A stretch of DNA of 58,563 nucleotides. Origin: an uncultured Candidatus Saccharibacteria bacterium (GTDB taxonomy: Bacteria; Patescibacteriota; Saccharimonadia; Saccharimonadales; Saccharimonadaceae). The translations under genes were made by a program, and so were the position numbers. Below are positions 7,561 through 16,347 of this stretch, one piece after another. The DNA is taken from positions 1 to 58,563 of the forward strand of contig CAUQEK010000001.1 in the NCBI GenBank assembly GCA_963517385.1. The letters are read 5' to 3'. Positions within the stretch are counted from its first letter, which is position 1. Every line of letters begins with the position of its first letter. The notes beneath the pieces were generated by a model. It was not told the origin of the DNA. It searched no databases and worked only from the letters and a program-made list of their open reading frames with translations.

Positions 7561-10233
7561 CTACTTAGAATACAGTCTTCTCTTAAGATATCTAGGTATG
7601 CCAGAGTCAGGTACGGCTGGAATAATTTTTTTAGTATTCTTATCTTGGGTAGTTGTTGAGTCTGGCTGTTTCTGATGATTAGATTTTTCTTTTGATTCTA
7701 TGCTCGGATGAGATGAATGATCTTCTTGGTGATTTTTTGTGTTAGGGGTATCGGAGTTATTGTTATGGTCTTCATTATTTTTCTCGGAATTAGAATGCTT
7801 ATCTGGTTTAGATTTATTATCGGTTTTTTGCTTATCGGGCTTTCCGCTCCCTGGCTCCCTTTTATCTTCAGACTCCTTTTTGCCTTCAGATTCCTTTTTA
7901 TCTTCGGACTTTTTATTAAAAATGCCACGGAGTCGGTCTGTAAGATTTTCAGTTTGTTCCGAAAAGGCATTATGTTTTAGAATATCTAATTCTCGAAGTA
8001 GGTCGCCAAAATGATTGTCTTCAGGCTCCTCTGGTGGTTTCGGTGGCTCGGAAGGGTCGGGATTGGTGGAGTTATTCGAATTACTTGGATTATTTGGATT
8101 ACTTGGATTGCTCGGATTGCTCGAATCGTTTGTCTTATTGGAGTCGCCTGAATTGCTTGGATTATCTGAATCTTCCGAATCGTCGGTTTTATCTGGTTTG
8201 CTATCCTTGATTGGAATGTTTTGCTCTTCGGTTTTATAGATCCTAGCGTCATCGCCGATATAATGGATTAAAATATGGTGAGCTTTGGTGGGGTCGAGTT
8301 TGTCAAAATTTAGGTTGTCGCTGGAAGTGAACCCTTGAGCCACACCGTCAATAACCAGTAGCTTCTGTTTGGTTTCATGGTGATAATTTGGGTCAGAAAT
8401 TTTAGTCGGAAGCGGGGTGATTTCAGCACGCCATTTACGGCCTTTAAATTCAAGCTCGACGATTTTTGGCCTTAAATCTTCGAATTCGACAAATTTAGTT
8501 GCATAATGCTCAGGATCTTGTTGCAGACGAAGTGGTCGATCAGTGTAGGTGTTGGTGATACTGAAATTATTTCCGTCGAATGTCACAGTATAGGTTGGAA
8601 TATCTCCATTTTGAGCACGAGTCTTTGGCTTATTCTCCACTAACTCTAATTTTTCATCGATGAATTTTTCACTAGCGGCGTTACTAAAATAATGACCATG
8701 CATATCAAGGGTAAAATCATAAACCGAACGGGTATATTCTGACCTACCACCATCGCCATTGATGATAAACGGTGTGAGATGTTTAGCCTCTAAAAGATAT
8801 TTAAGCTTCTGGATGTACTCACCACTAGCGTAATCGAAATAGATTTCGGCTGGAGTAGAGAGAATGAAACCTTTAGTGGTGTCGTGTTGAAGTTTTTGTT
8901 CGGACGAAATTTGATAGATTGCTTGGTAGAGGTCAATGATCGATGCGTTTTTCACGGAAGTATTAGACTCGTCGTAATATTGTTTTAGTTGCTGCTCTAA
9001 CTGAAGTAGATTGTCGGTGTTGGTATTAAAATCTGTAATTTTTTGATATTTGGCAAAACCATGATGGTCGGTAGCGAAATTTACTTTATAGATATGAAAA
9101 AGTGCATGCCTATGTTTTCTGGCTTCGATATTGCTAATTAGTTTTTTGTATTGCAAAGACAAGGCGGCTGGATTGGCTTTATTAAAATTAATGGCGACAA
9201 TATATTCATGATCGATACTATTGATTTTTGGATGAGCCAAACGATCCTGGAGTTGCTTAATGAAATATGGCGAATAACCAACATTTAGAGTGCCAGGTTT
9301 TGCGAGTTTTTTTGCGCCATGTAGAATTTGACCAATTATATGTGCAGATTCGGCGTAAGCATCGCGGTCTGCATAGGCAAGATGCCCTGAAATAAGGTTT
9401 TGATGGATAAACTGGAATTTTCCGAGATTGATTTCGGAAAATCCTAGTGGGTCAAAGAAGCTACCGCACATAAAATCACCGGAATTGCACCAAGTACCAA
9501 TTTTCCCGGAAAACTTAGTGTTTGGCAGATAAGGTTTTTGCGCTCCTAGGATGCCATGCTCTACATCACAATCGGGGACATTAATGCGATAATCGGAATG
9601 TATACCATGATAACATGGTTTGTCCTTACCTTCTCCTTCTGGGAGATGTAATTTAGGATCGCCGAAAGTTGAGAGGTAGATAATTTTTTCGGGATCAAAT
9701 GTGCGAATGGCGTGACTCATCACGATGGCGCCCTGAGAATAGCCACCGAGAATAAATTTAGTATTCGGACAGCGATGAGTGATATCGTGATATAGTGTAT
9801 GTATTTCGTTGATGCCCGTCGTTACACTATTGTTAAAATAATCATTTTTGCCAGCATGAATATAGGTATCGGCAATTGCTCCGAGATTCTCTACGCTCAC
9901 GGCTGGATATTGATATTTATATCGGTTTGATTCTCCGAGGTCATAAAAATCGTAGGATTTATTTGCTGACTGTAAAACCCCGACGAGATTATCTTTAAAT
10001 TTTTGATAATTAATATTAGTCTTAGCTTTCTCTCCTGAACCTCGAGCGAAGACGGCTTGAATGTCTTTGCACTCAACGGCTTTCGAATTGACAGAGGCTA
10101 GTGGTGTCAGGCTAGTAATACATATAGCCAAAGCACTGGAAAAATAGAGAAAGCGCGGAGTTTTTTGGGGTATCTTAGGCTTAATTTTGGGTTTTTTACA
10201 AACAACAAAATGAGACTGTCTGGATGAGGACAT
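7561..10233 (-). CDS. Secreted cutinase-family serine esterase with a long C-terminal region and a low-complexity Ser/Asn/Pro/Lys stalk
   Basis: Hydrophobic signal segment; cutinase motifs C...FARGSGE, CPNTKFILGGYSQGA, FGDP, CNSGDFMC and H-L-A-Y; start set at ATG 10233 (AGAAAGGA SD). Confidence 0.88.
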   Translation of the reverse strand: MSSSRQSHFVVCKKPKIKPKIPQKTPRFLYFSSALAICITSLTPLASVNSKAVECKDIQAVFARGSGEKAKTNINYQKFKDNLVGVLQSANKSYDFYDLGESNRYKYQYPAVSVENLGAIADTYIHAGKNDYFNNSVTTGINEIHTLYHDITHRCPNTKFILGGYSQGAIVMSHAIRTFDPEKIIYLSTFGDPKLHLPEGEGKDKPCYHGIHSDYRINVPDCDVEHGILGAQKPYLPNTKFSGKIGTWCNSGDFMCGSFFDPLGFSEINLGKFQFIHQNLISGHLAYADRDAYAESAHIIGQILHGAKKLAKPGTLNVGYSPYFIKQLQDRLAHPKINSIDHEYIVAINFNKANPAALSLQYKKLISNIEARKHRHALFHIYKVNFATDHHGFAKYQKITDFNTNTDNLLQLEQQLKQYYDESNTSVKNASIIDLYQAIYQISSEQKLQHDTTKGFILSTPAEIYFDYASGEYIQKLKYLLEAKHLTPFIINGDGGRSEYTRSVYDFTLDMHGHYFSNAASEKFIDEKLELVENKPKTRAQNGDIPTYTVTFDGNNFSITNTYTDRPLRLQQDPEHYATKFVEFEDLRPKIVELEFKGRKWRAEITPLPTKISDPNYHHETKQKLLVIDGVAQGFTSSDNLNFDKLDPTKAHHILIHYIGDDARIYKTEEQNIPIKDSKPDKTDDSEDSDNPSNSGDSNKTNDSSNPSNPSNPNNPSNSNNSTNPDPSEPPKPPEEPEDNHFGDLLRELDILKHNAFSEQTENLTDRLRGIFNKKSEDKKESEGKKESEDKREPGSGKPDKQKTDNKSKPDKHSNSEKNNEDHNNNSDTPNTKNHQEDHSSHPSIESKEKSNHQKQPDSTTTQDKNTKKIIPAVPDSGIPRYLKRRLYSK

Positions 10234-10454
10234 AATTTCCTTTCTATTTTGTATTTTCGGTAAAAGTTCTAATTTGATTATTGGCTGAAATGCAAAATAA
10301 GACAAGTGGAAATGAGTAAAAATGATGGAAAAACGAACTTTCTTCTCTGTTATTTTAAGAAAAAATTAGTTAAGCATAAGCAAGTTATGAGGAATGAAAA
10401 ATAATCAAAAAAAAGAACCACTACAGCTCTGGGATAAAAATATTTTATTTAAAA

Positions 10455-11204
10455 CTAATTTTTGAGTTTTGGTAAGACTAGTTCAGCGATTTTTTCTGGA
10501 GTTTCGTAATTAATGAGATGGCCTGCATTCGGGATAAAATCCACTTCAGCGTGGAATTTTTTGGCAATTTCTTTTACCTTGCGGGATGGATTCATGCGAT
10601 CTTTTTTACCAGCTATAAAGTAGGCTTGTTTTTCGAAATTAAAATCAGAAATGGAGTAAGACATAGAAAAAACAGCAGCTCGCATTTCATCTCGAATGGA
10701 AGTAAATTTACGAGCGCATGCGTAGGTGAGATTGAGAATTTGACGTTTCTTGGAACGATGGGCGCCCGCAATAAGAAATTCTGTGCAGACATAGCTAACA
10801 AATTTATTAGGCACTAAGGCAATTAGTGGAATTAGAGGTAAAATAAATTTTGGGGGATGAGTGGCGATAGGGCTAAGGAAGAAAATTTTGTTATGAATGA
10901 GGTGGCTATATTTTTCGGCAGTGGCGGCGGCGAGGATAGAACCCATAGAATGGCCAATAAGAATTGGATGATCTAGATGTTTATCGAGGATATAATTGGC
11001 AATAAAATCTGCATAGCCGTCTCTGGTGAAATCGGTTAGTTTTGGCAGAGTCTCATCTTGTGTATTAAAGGCTGGTGGAATGTCGGGACTAAAAACCTGG
11101 TAACCTTCAGCTTCGAGCAATTTTTGAAATTCAGCCAAGCCTAAATGATTGCCACGAAAACCATGGACGAGTAGAATGGGTGGTTTTTGGTCGGATTTTT
11201 TCAT
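10455..11204 (-). CDS. Alpha/beta fold hydrolase
   Basis: LVHGFRG, nucleophile elbow GHSMG, GKKD and AGHL. Confidence 0.9.
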   Translation of the reverse strand: MKKSDQKPPILLVHGFRGNHLGLAEFQKLLEAEGYQVFSPDIPPAFNTQDETLPKLTDFTRDGYADFIANYILDKHLDHPILIGHSMGSILAAATAEKYSHLIHNKIFFLSPIATHPPKFILPLIPLIALVPNKFVSYVCTEFLIAGAHRSKKRQILNLTYACARKFTSIRDEMRAAVFSMSYSISDFNFEKQAYFIAGKKDRMNPSRKVKEIAKKFHAEVDFIPNAGHLINYETPEKIAELVLPKLKN

Positions 11205-11207
11205 TAA

Positions 11208-11435
11208 TTAAACAGCTTTAATTTTTTCGAGCGCGTTCAAAATTCCTTCACGGTCAAAACCAAGAACTTGGATCGGATTTTTGTCGGATTCATCAGTAAT
11301 GATGGTAATTGGAACCGCAGAAATGCCTGGAAAATTACTAGCATCAAGTTCAACGTATTCAAGATTTTTTTGCTCTAACCAATCGATAAGAGCGTGGCAA
11401 TAGCCGCAAGTAGGACTCGTAATGACTTTAATCAT
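11208..11435 (-). CDS. Glutaredoxin/NrdH-like redoxin
   Basis: TSPTCGYC CxxC motif, cis-Pro AVP, LGFD; GAAAGGA SD. Confidence 0.88.
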   Translation of the reverse strand: MIKVITSPTCGYCHALIDWLEQKNLEYVELDASNFPGISAVPITIITDESDKNPIQVLGFDREGILNALEKIKAV

Positions 11436-11501
11436 AACATCCTTTCGTTGTTAATTATTATATTATTCTAAAACATTTTAGGAAAAATCACAAGGATTAA
11501 A

Positions 11502-12695
11502 CTAGAGTGACTTAGCTTTATCAAGTTGAGGGTCTTTGTCTTCGGTGATATCTTGGACAGTGCGATCAATTTCGACGTCTGGCTTGATGCCGGTCTTATT
11601 GATTGAGGAGCCATTCGGTGTATACCAGTGAGCAGTAGTAACCTTGAGTTTACCGCCATCGCTGAGATTGAGCATAGTCTGCATGACACCTTTTCCAAAA
11701 GAAGTCATACCGACAATAGTGGCTTTTTGATAATCTTTGAGGGCGCCAGCAACGATTTCAGAGGCAGAAGCAGTAGAGCGATTAATCAGAACGATGGTTT
11801 TGGTGTCCTTAAAAATAGGATTTTTGCCACGAGGGACGTAGTCGGTTTTGTCGTCGTTATGGATAGATTTTTCAATCATATATTTATCACCGCCGTTAAG
11901 CCAAAGAGAGAGCATTTCACCCGCCGCTGAGACATAGCCACCACCGTTATTGCGAAGGTCAAGGATAACTTTATCAACTTGCTTGGCTTTAGCTTGCTCA
12001 GCGAGCTTACGCACAAGAGAGCCGGTGTCTTCGGCGAAGCGGTAAACAGAGATAATGGCGGTTTTATCACTATAGGAAATGTCGGCGGAGACGTTGTTGA
12101 TTTTTTCGCGAGTCATTTCGAAAGTTAAAGTGTCGGCACCACGGAGTATTTCAACTTTGACCTTATCACCGGCTTTACCGCGGAGCTTTTTAGCAACATC
12201 TTCGGTGGTTTTACCGTCGACATTTTCGTCGCCAATTTTCATAATACGATCACCAGGTTTAATGCCGGCCTTACGCGCAGGATTGTCTGGAAGTGTGCGC
12301 ACAACCACAGTGTGATTATTACGAAAAGTGAGTTCCATACCAACGCCGGCTTCATTAATTTCGCCGTTGAGATCAGATAAGAATTCGTTCCCTTCCTTGG
12401 CGGTAAGATAAGTAGTGTAGGGATCATCAAGCGCAGCGGCAATACCACGCTTAGCTCCAGTGAGAGCATTTTCTTCGGTGACTTCACCATCATAGAAGGA
12501 TTTTAACTCGGTGTAGATTTCGTTAAGAGAATCCCAATTGGCCTGTTCATTTTTACGAAAGCCAATATAAGGAGAAAAATTAGTAAGAATAAATTGCCAA
12601 TTAGAGCCAACAAAAAAACCTATAACGAGGAAAATAAATGAGGTGATAATTGAAGTGCTAAGATTGATTTTTCGTGGTTTCCACTCTGTTTTCAT
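11502..12695 (-). CDS. S41 family carboxyl-terminal processing protease with PDZ domain
   Basis: DPYT, GVGM PDZ, LDLRNNGGG, catalytic TASASE and FGKG; N-terminal TM segment. Confidence 0.95.
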   Translation of the reverse strand: MKTEWKPRKINLSTSIITSFIFLVIGFFVGSNWQFILTNFSPYIGFRKNEQANWDSLNEIYTELKSFYDGEVTEENALTGAKRGIAAALDDPYTTYLTAKEGNEFLSDLNGEINEAGVGMELTFRNNHTVVVRTLPDNPARKAGIKPGDRIMKIGDENVDGKTTEDVAKKLRGKAGDKVKVEILRGADTLTFEMTREKINNVSADISYSDKTAIISVYRFAEDTGSLVRKLAEQAKAKQVDKVILDLRNNGGGYVSAAGEMLSLWLNGGDKYMIEKSIHNDDKTDYVPRGKNPIFKDTKTIVLINRSTASASEIVAGALKDYQKATIVGMTSFGKGVMQTMLNLSDGGKLKVTTAHWYTPNGSSINKTGIKPDVEIDRTVQDITEDKDPQLDKAKSL

Positions 12696-12743
12696 TACTT
12701 AATTATAGCATAATCAATAAGACTAGGTGGCGGTTTTTAGGTC

Positions 12744-12775
12744 AAAAAAATACCGCTGGCTTGCGGTATTTTTTG
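12744..12775. terminator. Bidirectional intrinsic terminator
   Basis: AAAAAAATACCGC-TGGCTT-GCGGTATTTTTT. Confidence 0.8.
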
Positions 12776-12786
12776 AAGGTAATGAT

Positions 12787-14022
12787 CTAGTCAAAGTGGA
12801 TGTAGTTGGTGAATTGATTTGGACTGACGCGAGTACGGACGCCGAAGTCACCCCATTGACCAGACTTGGACGAGTATGGGTTGTTATATTCAGAGACCGT
12901 AATAGTGCCATCAGTATTAACAGATTCAACCCAGGCTACGTGACCGAATTGACCACTAGTGGTTTGAGCGATAGTGTGGGCAGCAGGTACGCGGTCGACA
13001 CGGTAGCCACGGGCACGAGCGGCAGCGGCCCAGCTGTAGGCGTTACCCCAACCGGTGATGCGAATATTTCGACCGTAGTATTCAACGGCTTTATAAGCAG
13101 CATAGCTAGTACATTGACAAATGTAATAAGAATCTAGAACGCCAGCGATGTTGTCGCGAGGGCAAGAGTATCCGTAATTGCCGACAAATGCGCCGTAACT
13201 GTTAAAGCCGTCAGCTTTGGTACCGAATCCAGCACTAGTGGAAGCGCGGGAGAGATATTCCTGATACTCTTTATTAATTAACTTAATCTTTTCTTCCCTG
13301 GAAGCGGCAGCTTCTGCAGCGAAGGAAGCAGCATTGTCTTTATACTTTAAAATTAATTCCTGTTGTTCGGCTTTCTTATCTTCGATAGCTTTGCGCTGGA
13401 TTTGTTGGTCTAAAATAATGCGGTCAATTTCAGTCTTTTGCTTTTCGAGATCATCTTTCATGGTCTTCACATTTTGAGCAGAGGAATTTACCTGGTCTTT
13501 AGCAGTGTCGATGCGAGATTTCTTTTCGGCAAAATCTGAAAGTGAGCTACTACTAGCTAACACCATAATAGCGTCGGTTTCACCTTCAAGATGAATATTA
13601 ACTAGCATATTTGCAAGAGCTGCACGTTGAAGTTTAAGTTTTTTAGTAGTGTCTTCAATTTTGATTTTGAGGTCACTAGCTTCGGCTTCGTTCGCCTTAA
13701 TACGTGCTTCGTAGACAATAATTTCCTGTTGCATACGTTCGACTTCACCTTCGAGGGTAACAGCGGCTTTGGCGGCTTGGTTGGCTTTTTCGGCGGCTTC
13801 GACTTCAGCTTTTTTGGCGGTACGGCAGGCAGCGCTAGTACAGTAGGCCTCATTCTCTACTGCTGAAACATTAGAGTTGTTCTTTTGAATGAATGGAATA
13901 GAGCCTAAAATGAGCGCAAAAATTAGGGTAAAAATAAGAGTACGACCTTTTTTCATGGTTTTAACTTTACGATAATTTTTTGCGTTTTTTCGAATCTTAA
14001 AATTGTTTTTTATTTTGCTCAT
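12787..14022 (-). CDS. PcsB/CwlO-like coiled-coil plus CHAP peptidoglycan hydrolase
   Basis: Signal peptide, long coiled coil, CHAP motifs QCTSYA, WGNA, GHVAWVE and SEYN; downstream of ftsEX; start could be 14037, 14022 or 13956. Confidence 0.92.
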   Translation of the reverse strand: MSKIKNNFKIRKNAKNYRKVKTMKKGRTLIFTLIFALILGSIPFIQKNNSNVSAVENEAYCTSAACRTAKKAEVEAAEKANQAAKAAVTLEGEVERMQQEIIVYEARIKANEAEASDLKIKIEDTTKKLKLQRAALANMLVNIHLEGETDAIMVLASSSSLSDFAEKKSRIDTAKDQVNSSAQNVKTMKDDLEKQKTEIDRIILDQQIQRKAIEDKKAEQQELILKYKDNAASFAAEAAASREEKIKLINKEYQEYLSRASTSAGFGTKADGFNSYGAFVGNYGYSCPRDNIAGVLDSYYICQCTSYAAYKAVEYYGRNIRITGWGNAYSWAAAARARGYRVDRVPAAHTIAQTTSGQFGHVAWVESVNTDGTITVSEYNNPYSSKSGQWGDFGVRTRVSPNQFTNYIHFD

Positions 14023-14135
14023 TAAACTATACTCCACTATAATTTAATTTGTTATTTCGGTATCTTACAATACTTTTGCTATATTTTAGCACAGAATAAT
14101 ATGAAAAGGCAATGCTTATTTTGACTTGGTGAAGG

Positions 14136-14163
14136 AAAAAGCTCTGCTTATTTTGAGCAGAGC
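14136..14163 (-). terminator. Intrinsic terminator downstream of ftsX
   Basis: AAAAA-GCTCTGCT..AGCAGAGC hairpin (U-tract on the minus strand). Confidence 0.65.
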
Positions 14164-14233
14164 GGAATAGTGCTGTTTGATATTTTAAGCAGAGCGGAAT
14201 GAAAAGAGTGGATTTTTTAAGCTAAGCGGAATA
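14151..14233. repeat. Three 19-bp repeats at an exact 32-bp period
   Basis: TTTTGAGCAGAGCGGAATA (14151), TTTTAAGCAGAGCGGAATG (14183), TTTTAAGCTAAGCGGAATA (14215). Confidence 0.8.
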
Positions 14234-14234
14234 T

Positions 14235-15248
14235 TTAGAGGCGTTTGAGGTATTTGCGGACGGCAATGGAAGATGAGAGGAAGGCGATGAAGATACCAAG
14301 TAGAGTGAGGGCTAGGCCAATTAGAAAAATGCTTGGTGAATTTACAAAACTAGAAACTAGGGTGACGTCAATATCATAGCCACTGAGTTTTGGGCCGATG
14401 AGGCGGAAGAGGAAGAAGCCGATGATAGTTGAGATGATGCCGGCAAAGAAGCCAGACATGATCGCCTCGATAAGAAATGGTCCACGTATGAAATGATTAT
14501 CGGCGCCAACTAGTTTCTCCATGTAGATTTCTTCACTACGAGAGTAAATAGCCATGCGGATGGTGTTGAAAATGACCAGAACTGAGATAACTAGAAGAAT
14601 GAGAGAAATAGCGAGACCACCAGTTTTAGCAATGTTGGACCAGGAAGTAATGGTTTCGATGGCGGTGTCATTAGTGTCGTAGGTCGGTTCCTTTTTTGGA
14701 TCGAGATTTTCGTGAACTTCCGAATCAGTATTAACGATTTCCTTAATAGTATTAAGTTTATTGGTGTCGTAGACTTTTATGCGAAGTGCGGAAGGCATAG
14801 AGGAAAGCATGAGTTCTTTCATGTCAGGATCATCGAGGGTAGAAAGGAGATTGTTCTCATTGTTTTTCTTGGTTTCCTCGACGAATTTATTGAATTCTTC
14901 TTCGGTAGTAGTGTAGGAAATTTGACGAATGTTGGAGTCGGAGGAGAATTTTTTCTTGATTTTTTCAAGTGTAATAATTTCAGTATTGGGCTTAAAATAA
15001 ATGGTAATATCGACTTTTTCGCGCATTTTATCGGCGGTAGAAGATAACACTAAGCTAGCAGTGGCGGTAGCAAAAAGTAGAGTGAGGGTGAGCGTCATCA
15101 CGAAAGTCGAAGTGATAGAAAGCCAAATATTACGACCATAGCCAATGATGCCGTATTTCATGATGCGAAAATTAGTGCGAAGGAGATGTCCGCGACTGTT
15201 TTTCTGCATGGTCTTAAGTTTTCTTAAGGTTTCATTTTTTTGTTTCAT
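14235..15248 (-). CDS. ftsX: Cell division permease FtsX
   Basis: 4-TM topology; IFNTIRMAIYSRSEEIYMEKLVGA...IRGPFLIE signature; follows ftsE. Confidence 0.95.
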   Translation of the reverse strand: MKQKNETLRKLKTMQKNSRGHLLRTNFRIMKYGIIGYGRNIWLSITSTFVMTLTLTLLFATATASLVLSSTADKMREKVDITIYFKPNTEIITLEKIKKKFSSDSNIRQISYTTTEEEFNKFVEETKKNNENNLLSTLDDPDMKELMLSSMPSALRIKVYDTNKLNTIKEIVNTDSEVHENLDPKKEPTYDTNDTAIETITSWSNIAKTGGLAISLILLVISVLVIFNTIRMAIYSRSEEIYMEKLVGADNHFIRGPFLIEAIMSGFFAGIISTIIGFFLFRLIGPKLSGYDIDVTLVSSFVNSPSIFLIGLALTLLGIFIAFLSSSIAVRKYLKRL

Positions 15249-15256
15249 AGGCTTCC

Positions 15257-16294
15257 TTATTGAATTAAACGGTGATTGCGCGAGCGTTTGGTTTGGTTGG
15301 ATTCGGGCGGCCTGGAGTTAGTGATAGAATTGGAATTTTCGTGAGGAACTCTGAGCTGTGAACGTTGACTATCGCGGTAAAGTTCGGTTTCGCGTCGAGG
15401 AGTGGTCTCGCGACGAGGTTCAGTCTCATGACGGAATTCGGCTTCGCGACGAGGTTCGGTTTCTCGTCGAGGGGTGGCCTCGCGGCGATTAGTTTCGTAA
15501 GGCGGAGCGGTTTCGCGGCGGAGTTCGGCTTCGGCGGTTTTATAGAGATAGGAAGTCGGGCGCATGTGGCCTGGCTGTGGTAGATCAGAAATACCATCAT
15601 TATCGGTGTCAAGGCGATAAATACCATGCTCTTTTTGGTCGGAAATAATTTTACCATCACGCATAGTGATAACGCGTTTTTTCAAGAGATTAACAATATT
15701 GGCGTCGTGAGTAGTGACTAAAATAGTGGTGCCGTAATTGTTAATTTTTTGCAATAAATCAATAATTTCCTTAGAAGTTAAGACATCGAGATTACCAGTC
15801 GGCTCATCGGCGATGAGGATTTTTGGTTGACGAGCGACAGAGCGAGCAATCGAGACACGCTGTCTTTCCCCACCAGAGAGGTCAGCTGGAAAACGATTAG
15901 CTTTATCGGAGAGGCCGACAAGATCAAGTACTTTTGGTACGGTGTTTTCAATTTCATGGTTCGACATGCCAGCAATTTCAAGCGCGAAGGCGACGTTTTC
16001 AAAGACTGTACGAGATGGAAGTAGTTTGTAATCTTGAAAAACTACGCCAATACGGCGACGATAATCTGGAATATGGCGACGTTTTACGTAATCAAGATCG
16101 ATGCCACCGATGATAATTTTGCCGGAATCGGGAGTGGCTTCCTTGGTAATCATCTTAAGTAAAGTGGACTTACCAGCACCGGATTTACCGACCAGAAAAA
16201 CAAATTCATTGGCACTAATATGCAAGGAAATATCATCGAGAACAGCGCGGGTCCCCTTACCGTAGCGCTTGGTGACATGATCGAACAATATCAT
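15257..16294 (-). CDS. ftsE: Cell division ATP-binding protein FtsE with a repetitive C-terminal extension
   Basis: GKSGAGKS, RRRIGVVFQDYKLL, LSGGERQR and ADEPTGNLD motifs. Confidence 0.96.
   Translation of the reverse strand: MILFDHVTKRYGKGTRAVLDDISLHISANEFVFLVGKSGAGKSTLLKMITKEATPDSGKIIIGGIDLDYVKRRHIPDYRRRIGVVFQDYKLLPSRTVFENVAFALEIAGMSNHEIENTVPKVLDLVGLSDKANRFPADLSGGERQRVSIARSVARQPKILIADEPTGNLDVLTSKEIIDLLQKINNYGTTILVTTHDANIVNLLKKRVITMRDGKIISDQKEHGIYRLDTDNDGISDLPQPGHMRPTSYLYKTAEAELRRETAPPYETNRREATPRRETEPRREAEFRHETEPRRETTPRRETELYRDSQRSQLRVPHENSNSITNSRPPESNQTKRSRNHRLIQ
15380..15521 (-). repeat. 18-bp coding tandem repeat (RRETEP-like hexapeptide, about 7 copies)
   Basis: RRETAP..RREATP RRETEP RREAEF RHETEP RRETTP RRETEL in the FtsE tail. 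Confidence 0.85.
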
Positions 16295-16347
16295 ACTCTT
16301 ATATTACCATAAACGGGAAGAAAATGGAAAAGGCAGAGAGAAGGAGT

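Noticed and set aside
14151..14233. Mini-CRISPR array (repeat plus variable spacer at a fixed period)
   Set aside because: Repeats of 19 bp and spacers of 13 bp are too short, the copies are imperfect, there are no cas genes, and the repeat derives from a terminator arm
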